DNA from: Promethearchaeati archaeon
GTDB taxonomy: Archaea; Asgardarchaeota; Heimdallarchaeia; Heimdallarchaeales; Heimdallarchaeaceae
Assembly (NCBI GenBank): GCA_013166775.1
Contig: JABLTJ010000022.1
Location: 1-56,439, forward strand
DNA: 56,439 bases
Direction: 5' to 3'
Part shown: positions 37,717-48,344 of the stretch, piece after piece
Layout: each line of letters opens with the position of its first letter
Numbering within the stretch: the first letter of the stretch is position 1
Translations under genes and position numbers: made by a program
The notes under the pieces: generated by a model
Databases searched by the model: none
What the model saw: the letters and a program-made list of their open reading frames with translations, nothing else
Told to the model about the DNA's origin: nothing

Positions 37717-38085
37717 ATGGCAAAGAAAAAAAAGGATATGCGCCAATCTAACACTAGTTCAAAGGATGAGGTTAAAGTAGTTAATAGTCCTCCTGGTGTA
37801 AAGTTTTATTCTTTAATAGATGTGGTTCAAACTGAAAGAATATTGAGTGAAGTGGAAAATGGAAACCTTGTGTTTCTAAATATTGGTCGTATAGCTGCTT
37901 TTCCAGAAAGAAAGACTGAATTTCTTAAAAATTTAAAAGCGACTTCTAAACAACTTCGAGCAACATTGAAAATGGTGTCAGAAGAAACAGTAATGGTTGC
38001 ACCTTCTTCAGTACCTATAGAAATACGATCTTTATCACCTGAAAAAATAAACAAAGATAAAGTTAATGAATTGAAGATGGAATAG
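37717..38085 (+). CDS. sepF: SepF-like cell division protein
   Basis: ILSEVENGNLVFLNI...LK......VMVAPSSVPI matches the archaeal SepF core pattern. Confidence 0.65.
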   Translation: MAKKKKDMRQSNTSSKDEVKVVNSPPGVKFYSLIDVVQTERILSEVENGNLVFLNIGRIAAFPERKTEFLKNLKATSKQLRATLKMVSEETVMVAPSSVPIEIRSLSPEKINKDKVNELKME

Positions 38086-38118
38086 GATCAGAGATTGATC
38101 TTTGAGAGCTTAGACAAT

Positions 38119-40878
38119 TCATATTTTTGATGTAATTATATCTTCAATCTTGTTAAGTATCTCATCAATCTTTTCGGTATTTGGACCTCCGCCTATTGCT
38201 AAATCTCCTTTTCCTCCTCCTGATCCTCCCGCTATGAGAGAAAGCTCCTTAATAATGCCTGAGATATCAGCAGAAGAAGAAGGAGTTTTTACACCTACAA
38301 TTACTATTTTGCTTTGAACTTCAGACATTAAGATACAAAGACCTTTATCAAAACTTTTTATCGCTTCACTTGCTTGAATAATTAGTTCTTTCTGGTTTCC
38401 CTCTGTTTTTCTAATTATTACCTCTTCATCCTTGATTTTTTTTGAAGCAATTTTGGTTGAAGAGAATTGTAGCTCAGCGATTTGTTTGTTCAAATTTTCA
38501 ATTAGCTTTTTCTGCTCTTTCCACTCTTTAAAGAATCGTTTAACAGTCTTGGGGAGAATTTTTGGCTCAACACTCAGCTCAGAAGATGATTCTCTAAGAA
38601 TTGATTCCTGTGTCTGAATGTACTTTATTGCAGGTTCTCCTGCTAGAATTTCAATCCTAACAACGCCATCTTGTATTCTTTCGCTACTGGGCAGTTTAAT
38701 GATTCCTATATCACCTGTGTTATTTAGATGAGTACCACCACATGCTTCGATATCCCAATCATTAATTGCTACAATGTGAAGAGATTTTCCAGGTACAACA
38801 CCCCCCTGATATATCTGAAAACCAAAATCTCTTTCTGCATCATCTCTATCCACATCTTGTTTATCGACTGAACGATTCTCTAAAACAACTTGATTTGCAA
38901 GATACTCTATTTTCTGTAGTTCTTCAAAACTTATTGACTGATAATGTGTGACATCTAATCTAGCTTTATACTCGGTTTTATCCGCACCTGCTTGCCAGAT
39001 GTGTTTTCCTAAGACTTCTCTTGCAGCATTATTTACAACATGCACTGCAGTGTGATGTCTCATAATATCCATTCTTCTTTTTGCATTGATCTCTCCTTTA
39101 ATCTTCATCCCTTCCTTCAATTTACCTACAGTTTCTAATTCATGCAAAATGGTTGAAGCTTTCCTGAAAACATTAACCACTTGAAGCTCTGTTTCTTCAA
39201 CAAAAAACTTACCTGTGTCATGTATTTGTCCTCCACCTGTTGGATAGAATAGAGTTTTGTCTAGAATAACATATTTGTTGTCAATTAAAGCAATAATTTT
39301 CGCTTCAAACTCAGTTTGATATACATCCTCGTAAAATAATGGTTTTGTCTCATATTCTTTATCTAATTTAATTTCTACTGCTTCCTCTTTCTCTTTTCGT
39401 TTAGCAGCTTGCTGAGCAAGATATTCTTCGATTTTTATATAGAAATCATCAGGAACATCAACATCAACATCTCTTTCTTTTGCAAGCTCTTTAACCATCA
39501 AGGGATTGATGCCATTATTCTGATACAAATCAACAAGCGTCGCAAAATTGAATTCTTTCTTTTTCTGGAGAAGTTGACTGACTATTCTTCTACCACTTGT
39601 TTTTGTATCTTCATATCTTTTGGTCTCAATATCAACGATTTTGTGTATAATATCTCTATTTTCCTTTACTCTAGGATATGAAACAGAGAGATGATCAATT
39701 TGGAGATCAAAAATCTTCTCAACTGAAAATTGAAGTTTGTATAATTCTTTGAGTGCTATTATCCTGCGAAGTAGAACACGCAAATTATACCCTCCTCCAA
39801 CATTGGATGGTATTGCACCATCAGTTATTGTTATGGAAAGAGTTCTTGCATGATCCGCGATTGCATAGATTGCTTCTTGTGGTCCAAGTTCCTTTAACAT
39901 TTCTTCATATGTCATACCAAGCTTCTTAGCCATTAGTTTTCTCTCTTCTCTAAGATCTTTCACTTCTTCAACAGCAAGTAAACCTGCTAGTCTGTTATAT
40001 TCTACTAATAGCTTATGATCAGCTTTGTAACCATTTTCTTTTTGCAGGTAATCAATTGCTTTTGGAAAAATAGCTTCATAAATTGAAGGAGTTCCTTGAG
40101 TAAACCAAGAGACTCTTTCCAATCCCCACCCTACATCGATTACTTGCATGTCTAGCTTCTTAACAGTGTTATTTTCAAAACCATATGCGATGAATACATT
40201 ATTCACTAGTTCTGATCCGTATGCCATAGCTTCCAGATTTGGTCCAAAGTTTCCTCCACCAGACCAAATACCTTCAACATACGATATTTCTTCTGGTTTT
40301 AGACCTAGTTCTTCTGTAAGAAATTGGAAATTTAACTCTAAACATCTATCCATCCAATATCCTTGAGTTAATGTTCTAGAATTGAAAGAGTGTTGCCCAA
40401 ACATAACAAAACTAGTTAAATGTCTTGCAGTCTTTCCGATGTTATCTATATCCGAGAAATCTCCTCCTGTCCTAATGCACATCTGAGGAACCACAAGTGG
40501 ATTTGCAGGAGGATCTATTACTCCTTCTAATACCCAAGGTTGGAAATCCGCAATAGAAGCAATTGTGAAATCCATATCTGGTCTCCATCTCGCTACTACT
40601 GGATAATCATTGATTGCTGTATGTCCATGTTTTACAAAGAAATCTGTTAGTCTATTTAGGGTTTGATCAAAATCCAGATCTTTTCCTTTCTTATCTAGAA
40701 ATTGATAGCCACCAGAACATCTTGTATCTCCACATGTTTCTTGATCTGGAACGAGTGTCCAGAATTGATGATTACAAATTGGGCAATGCTTTCGAACAAA
40801 TCCTTTCTCTTTGAAGAGATTTACTTCATAGCTATCTTTATTGAATCTCTTCTTTAGTTCATCTTTGGATATAGACAT
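38119..40878 (-). CDS. alaS: Alanine--tRNA ligase (archaeal type)
   Basis: YPVVARWR, ASIADFQP, PPANPL, IDVGWGLER, IADHAR, HHTAVH, EACGGTH, GGSGGGK. Confidence 0.98.
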   Translation of the reverse strand: MSISKDELKKRFNKDSYEVNLFKEKGFVRKHCPICNHQFWTLVPDQETCGDTRCSGGYQFLDKKGKDLDFDQTLNRLTDFFVKHGHTAINDYPVVARWRPDMDFTIASIADFQPWVLEGVIDPPANPLVVPQMCIRTGGDFSDIDNIGKTARHLTSFVMFGQHSFNSRTLTQGYWMDRCLELNFQFLTEELGLKPEEISYVEGIWSGGGNFGPNLEAMAYGSELVNNVFIAYGFENNTVKKLDMQVIDVGWGLERVSWFTQGTPSIYEAIFPKAIDYLQKENGYKADHKLLVEYNRLAGLLAVEEVKDLREERKLMAKKLGMTYEEMLKELGPQEAIYAIADHARTLSITITDGAIPSNVGGGYNLRVLLRRIIALKELYKLQFSVEKIFDLQIDHLSVSYPRVKENRDIIHKIVDIETKRYEDTKTSGRRIVSQLLQKKKEFNFATLVDLYQNNGINPLMVKELAKERDVDVDVPDDFYIKIEEYLAQQAAKRKEKEEAVEIKLDKEYETKPLFYEDVYQTEFEAKIIALIDNKYVILDKTLFYPTGGGQIHDTGKFFVEETELQVVNVFRKASTILHELETVGKLKEGMKIKGEINAKRRMDIMRHHTAVHVVNNAAREVLGKHIWQAGADKTEYKARLDVTHYQSISFEELQKIEYLANQVVLENRSVDKQDVDRDDAERDFGFQIYQGGVVPGKSLHIVAINDWDIEACGGTHLNNTGDIGIIKLPSSERIQDGVVRIEILAGEPAIKYIQTQESILRESSSELSVEPKILPKTVKRFFKEWKEQKKLIENLNKQIAELQFSSTKIASKKIKDEEVIIRKTEGNQKELIIQASEAIKSFDKGLCILMSEVQSKIVIVGVKTPSSSADISGIIKELSLIAGGSGGGKGDLAIGGGPNTEKIDEILNKIEDIITSKI

Positions 40879-40979
40879 TTTACTCTAAAACCAGAATATT
40901 TCTGAAATATAAAAATTTGTTTAAAAAAGGGTGAGTTTCCTTGCAATAGTTTTTTAAACGTTTTTTCAAGCATTTTTCT

Positions 40980-42167
40980 ATGAATAAGGTTGAAATAAAG
41001 GAGCTAAGAGGAGAAGATGTTGATCCTATTCTTGAGCTCGCTTTCTATGCTTTTTTTCCAACTCCTGGAAATATAGAGCTGATAATGAAAAGAAAACCAT
41101 ACATGAAAGAAGACACATGTTTAGTTCTCTACGAAAATGAAAAACCAGTTTCAGGATTGATATGTAAACCCATTCCTCAGAATGTAAGGGGGGTAATAAA
41201 GGATATGTGTGGAATTTCAGAGGTAGCAACTCATCCAGAAGGGAGAAGAAAGGGGTATGCAAAAAAGTTAATGAAATTAGCTTTTGACAAAATGAAAGAG
41301 TATAATCAAGGTTTTTCAACACTCTATCCTTTCAAAGAATCATTCTATGAGAGATTAGGATATGTTTCTTTTCCACAAATACGAACAGCGATTATTTCAG
41401 CTAAATCTTTGGTTCCATTGTTAAATTTGAAACTTGATGGAACTGTGGAACGAATGGATTTTGAAGAAGGCTTTGAGACCTATAAAGAATTCCTAAAAGA
41501 AATAAGACAAAGAATTCATGGAATGGGTGTTCTTCATGATACTGAGCTAGAACGACATAAAGAAGAGAAAAAAATGTGGGTGATTGTTGCAAAGGAAGGA
41601 GACGAAATCATAGGAATTATGACCTATGCAATAACAGGTTTTTGGAAGGATGTTAAAGTAAGAGATTTTTATTGCAAAAATAGTTTAGCGAAATACTTAT
41701 TTCTTCAATGGTTTGCTCTCCATGCAGATCAGATAAAAAACGTTCATATTCCTATCAAACCTGATGAATATCCAGAAACATGGTTGAATGATACTTTCTG
41801 GGGTGAATATGGAAAAATACAGAGTAGAGAATGGGTTCCATCTTGTATGGGAAGGGTTGTGGTTGTTGAAAGCATATCCAATCTGAAGGTTGGTCATGGG
41901 AAACTCTCTGCTAAAATAACAGATGACCACTGTGATTGGAACAATAAGCATTATACATTTGAAGGAAAAGAAGGAAGGTTATCGGTTTCAGAATCTACAG
42001 ATTATGAATGCGAACTTAGTATTCAAGCCCTTTCAGCAATCGTTTATGGATGTTATAATCTGGATGATTTCGAAATCAAAGGATGGGCTAAACTGTCTGA
42101 AGAAAACAAGGAAAAAATACGCGAATTATTCCCAAAAATACCTCCGCATCTTCATGCGGATTTCTAA
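40980..42167 (+). CDS. Eis-like GNAT acetyltransferase with SCP2-like C-terminus
   Basis: VATHPEGRRKGYA, STLYPFKESFYERLGY, D....WN, SIQALSAIVYG. Confidence 0.9.
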   Translation: MNKVEIKELRGEDVDPILELAFYAFFPTPGNIELIMKRKPYMKEDTCLVLYENEKPVSGLICKPIPQNVRGVIKDMCGISEVATHPEGRRKGYAKKLMKLAFDKMKEYNQGFSTLYPFKESFYERLGYVSFPQIRTAIISAKSLVPLLNLKLDGTVERMDFEEGFETYKEFLKEIRQRIHGMGVLHDTELERHKEEKKMWVIVAKEGDEIIGIMTYAITGFWKDVKVRDFYCKNSLAKYLFLQWFALHADQIKNVHIPIKPDEYPETWLNDTFWGEYGKIQSREWVPSCMGRVVVVESISNLKVGHGKLSAKITDDHCDWNNKHYTFEGKEGRLSVSESTDYECELSIQALSAIVYGCYNLDDFEIKGWAKLSEENKEKIRELFPKIPPHLHADF

Positions 42168-42174
42168 TCTTTTT

Positions 42175-43152
42175 TTACATTAACGACTCCCAAATAGTGG
42201 GAGCTGAATCAGGATAGAAATTTCTGATATCTTTAATCACAATAGCTATTTGTCCTGTTTTTCCATGAACAGAATAAGGCATTCTACTTACTCTTCGTGT
42301 ATCCATTGTAACCTTTCTATCTATCCTAGGGTACCTTCGAAGAATGAACTCGTCAGATAATTTTCTTCTAACTAATGTGTCATTAGGTATAATAATATTG
42401 TATTGTGTATGATTGAATTGCTTACTTAATTGAACATTTTGTATAATTTCTTTAGCTTTATTCAAGGAGATTCCAAGTTCCTTAAGTTGTTCAGGAGTTG
42501 ACTTTTCTAGAAATGATTTAGCTACTAAAGAATAGATTCGATTCCGAAGTGGTTTTGCTTCATTTGGAATTTCTTCTATGGATTGTGTCCTTTTTTCATC
42601 ATGTATAAAAGTCAGATAATTTAGAATTGCTACACGTTGTGCTTGATTGAAATCTTGAGTAATTTTATCCATAACCCAGCCATGAACGCCTCTTCTTCCA
42701 GAAAAAATCCAGATTACATCTTTAAATCCAAAATCATCTTTCATTGTTTCATCGATGAATATTGCAGCGTCTTGTACAAGTGACCAGCATTCTTTGCAAT
42801 ATTGATCACCTTTGCATCCACATTTTCGAACTAAATCATACTCATCAATGTCAATATCAAAAATAAATTCTCTTCCCTTCCACTCTATTTTTTGAATGGG
42901 ACTTTCTCGTGATGGTGATGTATCATATATAGCACCAACATATGCATGTTTAACTGCATTATTAATCATATATTCCCGTAATTGATCGGTATTCTGAAAA
43001 GAAATGTTTCGAACAAACGCATCCTTGCCAACAACAAATCCAAATTCTCGGTTTGAAAAATTAGAGAGTCCAATAAAAGACATAAAGTAATCCATTGGAA
43101 ATTTTTTTTCATAATATTCAGCAAGGAATTCTGGTTTGAGTTCGTTATTCAT
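42175..43152 (-). CDS. priS: DNA primase small (catalytic) subunit, eukaryote-like
   Basis: NREFGF, EFIFDIDIDEYD..RKCGC....CKECW, FSGRRGVHGW, YPRID, RMPYSVHGKTG. Confidence 0.96.
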   Translation of the reverse strand: MNNELKPEFLAEYYEKKFPMDYFMSFIGLSNFSNREFGFVVGKDAFVRNISFQNTDQLREYMINNAVKHAYVGAIYDTSPSRESPIQKIEWKGREFIFDIDIDEYDLVRKCGCKGDQYCKECWSLVQDAAIFIDETMKDDFGFKDVIWIFSGRRGVHGWVMDKITQDFNQAQRVAILNYLTFIHDEKRTQSIEEIPNEAKPLRNRIYSLVAKSFLEKSTPEQLKELGISLNKAKEIIQNVQLSKQFNHTQYNIIIPNDTLVRRKLSDEFILRRYPRIDRKVTMDTRRVSRMPYSVHGKTGQIAIVIKDIRNFYPDSAPTIWESLM

Positions 43153-44512
43153 TCTGTTTCACTTCATCAGTTTTTTCCTTTTTCTTTTCATCATCCTTTT
43201 GTTTCTTATTATGGAACCGCTTGTATACTTGTCTTGAATAGTTAACCATATGGTTCACTCTATTACCACCCATCCTCCACCCCGTGAGTAGATTAAAATA
43301 ACGAGCACATGCTGTTTGAAATTTCTGATTGATTATAAGCCTTGAAATATCTTCAATAGCTTTTTCTACTACCTCTGCGTTTCTATCAGCTAAACCAACT
43401 CTAATATCCTCAGAGAGATCTTCCAATTTTTTATGTGCCCAGTAACAGAAATATCCATCTATACATGTTTTACAACTTGGTGGAGAATAATCTATTCCTC
43501 CCCCCGCTTTTCCATAAATATGTCTTATTTGATATCCCACTCTATTTACAAATTCATCAAAAGACATCCCGACATTGTCTACGGAATTTCGATACCAAAA
43601 AGCATATTGTTCTTCTATACTCATACCAACTCTCTTGAGATATGTTCCAAGTTGCCAATTTTCAACATGAGAGAGATGACCTTTGGCTTGTAAAACGGAA
43701 ATTAAATCTCGTATACATGGAGGAAAAGTTTCAGGCTTAGTGAATATTTCTTCTCCTGCTTCTATACCTAATCTTGATAAATCTCCAGATAAACGAGCAG
43801 ATCTTGCGATTTCGTCTATTTTATCTTTTATTGGTTTGACAGTAGCTTCCAAGCTAGAATCTTTCTCTATTATCATCTTTGATTTCTCAATTATCTCTTT
43901 CAGATTCTTCTCAAATTCTCTTTTCACTGCGAGTCTAATATCAGCTAATCTAACAATTGCCCATCCTTGATACAGTAATACTTTCTTAGCGGAAACAACT
44001 GATGGTATTTTGAAGAATTTAATTGCTACTCTCTTATCCAAATCTTTTACTTTTCCTCCGAATTTACTACTGGAATATTTCTTTTTCTTAGGAGGAACAT
44101 CTGCTAGATTGAATTTTCTGTAGATATCTATTCTGAAAAAAGCATCAATCTCATCCATGGTTTTAACATTATCTTCTCCATAGAGATCCATTAAGACATG
44201 AATTTTTTCATCAAAAATACTACTGCTAACAAATCTAAATTCAAACAAATCACCCTCAACTTCTACTAACCAAGAAGTTAATCTTGGATCTTTTGCAACC
44301 GCTAATCTTAGAAAGAAATGCCCACCAATTTCCTGAACTTTTGTATCGTTCCACTCTTCGTTAGACATCCAAGTTGGTTTCTGAATAATCCATAGATCTT
44401 CAGATAGAAATCTCTCTAACCTAGTATCAGCATACTTGTACCAACTATTTACATCTATAGTGATATCACCTGGATCTTTCAAAATATACCAATCTGGAAG
44501 TGCAACAGACAT
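43145..44512 (-). CDS. priL: DNA primase large subunit, eukaryote-like
   Basis: GHFFLRLA...W...E.DLFEFRF, FPPCI, HLSH....QLGTYLK, YQIRHIYG..G...DYSPPSCKTC (Fe-S domain). Overlaps priS by 8 bp. Confidence 0.93.
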   Translation of the reverse strand: MSVALPDWYILKDPGDITIDVNSWYKYADTRLERFLSEDLWIIQKPTWMSNEEWNDTKVQEIGGHFFLRLAVAKDPRLTSWLVEVEGDLFEFRFVSSSIFDEKIHVLMDLYGEDNVKTMDEIDAFFRIDIYRKFNLADVPPKKKKYSSSKFGGKVKDLDKRVAIKFFKIPSVVSAKKVLLYQGWAIVRLADIRLAVKREFEKNLKEIIEKSKMIIEKDSSLEATVKPIKDKIDEIARSARLSGDLSRLGIEAGEEIFTKPETFPPCIRDLISVLQAKGHLSHVENWQLGTYLKRVGMSIEEQYAFWYRNSVDNVGMSFDEFVNRVGYQIRHIYGKAGGGIDYSPPSCKTCIDGYFCYWAHKKLEDLSEDIRVGLADRNAEVVEKAIEDISRLIINQKFQTACARYFNLLTGWRMGGNRVNHMVNYSRQVYKRFHNKKQKDDEKKKEKTDEVKQNE

Positions 44513-44540
44513 AGGATTTTCCTTTGTTTCTTTTAAACAC

Positions 44541-45683
44541 TTAATCTGTCTTATTAAAAAATTGTGTTAACGTTTTTTGATTATCATCAATTTTAATCAT
44601 ATTAGAGATTTTTACACCAACTAATCGGATGTTATCAGGAGATTTATCAGAAAATTCTTCTAATAATATGGATACAACTTCTCTCACTTGCTTTTCTGAA
44701 TTAGCATAACATTGCAGAGAATAACTTCTTGTATAAGTATCAAAATTCTGAAATCTGATTTTTAAAGTAACAGTCCGAAAATTCATTTTTTTCTCTTTAG
44801 CTTTTGTAACTATAGTCTGAATGGAGGAATCTAGACTAACCCATATGTCCTTCCAATTAGAATAAGAATGAAAGAATGTTCTTTCTTCACTAATGGATTT
44901 TCTCTCTCTACTAACGAATTTTCCTTCAGTTTTTTCTGTGTTATATCCATTAACCAATTTCCAAGTTTTCAAACCATATTTACCGAATTTCTGATAAACA
45001 AGCTGATGTGGTAATTTCGCCAAATCTCCACAAGTATTTACACCATTTCTTATGAAGATCTCCTTGCTCTTTTTTCCAACCCCAGGAATTGCAGTAATAT
45101 CTAAAGGTGCAAGAAAGTCAGATATTTCCAAAGGTTTCAATACTACAAGTCCATCTGGTTTATCAGTTTCACTTGCTATTTTTGCTAATATTTTGTTAGG
45201 AGCAATTCCTACTGAACAAGTCAATTTCTCACTCGCGTATACATCATCTTTCAGTTCCATTGCTAGTTTTCTAGCTTCCTCATAATCAGATACAACATCT
45301 GTCAAATCTAGATGTGCTTCATCATTGCCTGCAACTTTCATTACATCAGAATAGTGCTTTAATATACCCATAATATTATTGGAAACTTTAGTATAGAGAC
45401 TGTAAGTCCCTCTAACCATAACAAGATGTGGGCATAATTTAACAGCTTGAGAAACAGGCATTCCTGAATGAACACCAAATTTTCTAGCTTCATATGAACA
45501 TGTACTGACCACTCCTCTCTTTGTTTTAGGATTTCCACCTACAATAAGTGGCTTTCCAGCTAATGAAGGATTTTCTCTGATTTCCACTGATGCAAAAAAA
45601 GCATCTAAATCCATATAGAGAATTATGGAATCAAATGATTGCTCTTTTTCAGAGAAATAAGTTGCTTGGTTGGCGAGGGCCAT
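44541..45683 (-). CDS. dinB: Y-family DNA polymerase IV
   Basis: YMDLDAFFASVE, RGVVSTCSYEARKFGVHSGMP, NDEAHLD, SVGIAPNKILAKIAS..KPDG, IPGVG, KSISEERTF. Confidence 0.96.
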   Translation of the reverse strand: MALANQATYFSEKEQSFDSIILYMDLDAFFASVEIRENPSLAGKPLIVGGNPKTKRGVVSTCSYEARKFGVHSGMPVSQAVKLCPHLVMVRGTYSLYTKVSNNIMGILKHYSDVMKVAGNDEAHLDLTDVVSDYEEARKLAMELKDDVYASEKLTCSVGIAPNKILAKIASETDKPDGLVVLKPLEISDFLAPLDITAIPGVGKKSKEIFIRNGVNTCGDLAKLPHQLVYQKFGKYGLKTWKLVNGYNTEKTEGKFVSRERKSISEERTFFHSYSNWKDIWVSLDSSIQTIVTKAKEKKMNFRTVTLKIRFQNFDTYTRSYSLQCYANSEKQVREVVSILLEEFSDKSPDNIRLVGVKISNMIKIDDNQKTLTQFFNKTD

Positions 45684-45740
45684 GTCATGAGAAAATGGTT
45701 ATTTTAATATATAAACCCAAAAAAATAAAAAAAAGAGATA

Positions 45741-47783
45741 TTATCTCTGTATTTTTCTTTTTAGAAATAGAACAGCAAGTGCTGCAACAGCTATTATTGG
45801 TAGAACTAGAAATGTTGTAAATTCAGGTCCTACTGGTGCAACCAATCCTGGAGTTGGATTGTCTATAGTAAAATCTGCATTACAATCATCTGAATCTTCG
45901 TTAGGTGGACTGCGTTGTAATGTCTCATCTTCCCCTGTTGAACTTCCTGACCAACTAACTACTCCTGATACCGATCCTGATCCCCATGCGACAGCATCTT
46001 TTATACTGTCATCTGGATCTTTGAGTATGGTTTCATCTCCAGTGTTTGCCAAGGCTATATCCCCTAATCCATAATCAGCAGCTGATACGGTGATACCTAA
46101 TGCTGCCATCTCACTTACATAAGCTGCACTGCTTTGAGCAAAAACCAATACCTCATTAGCATTAATTTGAGCATCCTCAGGTACCGTATAAGTTCCTTCA
46201 TTATCCGTCAATGTCCAGCCTTCTATTGCTAAAGCAAAACTAAAGTCGTTGAAGATTTCAACAAATTCACCATCAGGTTCAGTGTCAGCATCATATCTTA
46301 CTTCCGTTATAAGAAGCTTCCAATCTACTGTATTCACAATGTTAATGTTTTTCTCTATCTCTATTGGTGATCCTACTGTAGGAGTTCCTATTACCTTCAC
46401 TGTATGAATTCCATCTGTATAAGTGGAAGTATCTACTGTGTAACCAACAAGTCCTGAAGGACTCGCCCATGTATGAACTGAAACTGAATCTATTAGCAAT
46501 TCACCAGAAGTATATGAATTAATGGAAAATGATGCTTGGAAGTTAAAATTACCATCAGCGATACCTCCTGCTTTTGGTGAAACAAGATCCACAGGTTTTG
46601 CAAAACCAATTGGAGTTTCACTAACAGCCCAATCCTCATCGAAGACATCTTTGTAGTAAGCTGCAATATTAGAATTCTTTACAATTGCTCCAGATTCTCT
46701 ATTATAATCTACCGAGTTGTTTGACCAGTTAATACTTGAAATTTGTACAGTTTCACCATCAACTAAAACATACTTATTATGATTATGTCCCAAACCTTTG
46801 AAGAACTTAACCTGTATGCCGTGATTTATGAGAGTTTCAGTAACATTTTCATTTGCTACTCCTGGTTCTGGAATTAAGACTCTTACTGCAACACCTCTTA
46901 GTGCAGCATCTAATACATCATCTACCAAATCACAGTCAAATTTCATATACTGTAATTCAAGATCTATAGAAGTTGTAGCAGCATCAATGATTCCAGAGAG
47001 TAGTTCATAACTGTTATCTGGTGCAAAAATAGGTGTAACTTCTGTATATTCATTAAAAGTCGATATTGATGAAACTGGAGTGTAAGTGCCTGTTGTTTCA
47101 TTAGCTTGTAAACTACCACCACCAGAACCAAGTACATATGGAGTTGAGATTAGCCCATCAGCAATGAACACATTTTCAAAATATGTTGCAATACCTGCAT
47201 GATTGAATAGAAAACCCATCTCTCTATTTGTTCTAGCACCTGAATATTGAGGAATACTTGAAGGCGCCCAATTTCCTGAATAAACAAAAGTTTCCAATCC
47301 ATCAATTATCCAGAATTTTGCATGAGTAAAAACAAATTCTGTTCCATTAGTCCAATAAACATCAATACCTGCATCTTTCAATCTATATGCAGCTTCTTCT
47401 GTGTAATCCTCTTCATAGGGGTTTACTCTGTCATCTGACAGCTGAACTATAACTTGCACTCCTCTCTCATGAGCTTTAATTAAAGCATTAACAAGAGGTT
47501 CACTAGAAAGTGTGTATACTTCAAGATGAATTGATGTTTGAGCATGTTTTAACGCTTTATAAATTACATCGTAAGCATAATCAGGTCCTACAATTGTAGT
47601 AACGTTTATTGTACCAGTAAATGTTTGTGTTGTGATAACTTCTGTCGAAATTTCAGAACTATCTTGAGACAAAATTAATCCATTTGTTGTGTAAGGTGTT
47701 TTTATTGTTGTAAATAATAACGTCGTTATGATTAGAATATTGACAAAATCTTTCTTGTTCATAAGTATACATAGAAATTTCAC
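45741..47783 (-). CDS. Secreted phospholipase D-family enzyme with two HKD motifs, lamin-tail-like domain and PEF-CTERM-like anchor
   Basis: HAKFWIID...GNW, HNKYVLVD...SINW, NRE; LLITEVRYD..EFVEIFN..GWTLTD..LANTGD; GPEF + TM helix + KRK. Confidence 0.9.
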   Translation of the reverse strand: MKFLCILMNKKDFVNILIITTLLFTTIKTPYTTNGLILSQDSSEISTEVITTQTFTGTINVTTIVGPDYAYDVIYKALKHAQTSIHLEVYTLSSEPLVNALIKAHERGVQVIVQLSDDRVNPYEEDYTEEAAYRLKDAGIDVYWTNGTEFVFTHAKFWIIDGLETFVYSGNWAPSSIPQYSGARTNREMGFLFNHAGIATYFENVFIADGLISTPYVLGSGGGSLQANETTGTYTPVSSISTFNEYTEVTPIFAPDNSYELLSGIIDAATTSIDLELQYMKFDCDLVDDVLDAALRGVAVRVLIPEPGVANENVTETLINHGIQVKFFKGLGHNHNKYVLVDGETVQISSINWSNNSVDYNRESGAIVKNSNIAAYYKDVFDEDWAVSETPIGFAKPVDLVSPKAGGIADGNFNFQASFSINSYTSGELLIDSVSVHTWASPSGLVGYTVDTSTYTDGIHTVKVIGTPTVGSPIEIEKNINIVNTVDWKLLITEVRYDADTEPDGEFVEIFNDFSFALAIEGWTLTDNEGTYTVPEDAQINANEVLVFAQSSAAYVSEMAALGITVSAADYGLGDIALANTGDETILKDPDDSIKDAVAWGSGSVSGVVSWSGSSTGEDETLQRSPPNEDSDDCNADFTIDNPTPGLVAPVGPEFTTFLVLPIIAVAALAVLFLKRKIQR

Positions 47784-47829
47784 TTTTTAAATATCTTACT
47801 ACAAAACAAAAAAATGAGAAAGATAATGG

Positions 47830-48285
47830 TTACGATATATTTTCCAGCAGATTATATGCTTTAACAACTTCAGGGGGGGCAGAAGCATTACTTGCAGCCA
47901 CTTTTATGTACCTGCAATATTGTTCATAATCGCTTTCACTTATTTCCATTATGGCTGTTATATCCTCTATTGTTAGTTCATTCACATTTGGGATTTTTAC
48001 AATTTCTTTTGCAAATACAAGCGGTGTCATCTTTTGAACAATTTTCTTAATTGGTTCTCCCCAGAATTGTTTTAGATAATTAACATCCTCATCTTTAGCT
48101 CCCCAAACCTGTATTCTGTGTCTATATTCCCTTACCTTTTCTACGATTTTTAATTTAGCTTTAACAAAAATGAAGTGTCCTTTCCCTGTATCTTGTTGTT
48201 TTACTGTTGTCCCATATTTTTCTGCAATTTCTTGTAATTGATCAAATATTGCTTCTTTGTTTTCTGGTTCAAAAACGACTTTCAT
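47830..48285 (-). CDS. Hypothetical protein
   Basis: 151-aa ORF filling the gap, with normal protein composition. Confidence 0.7.
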   Translation of the reverse strand: MKVVFEPENKEAIFDQLQEIAEKYGTTVKQQDTGKGHFIFVKAKLKIVEKVREYRHRIQVWGAKDEDVNYLKQFWGEPIKKIVQKMTPLVFAKEIVKIPNVNELTIEDITAIMEISESDYEQYCRYIKVAASNASAPPEVVKAYNLLENIS

Positions 48286-48344
48286 AAGATAAATAATGGA
48301 AGCGTATTAAATAATTTATTTGTAGTTCTAATAACACACAATGC

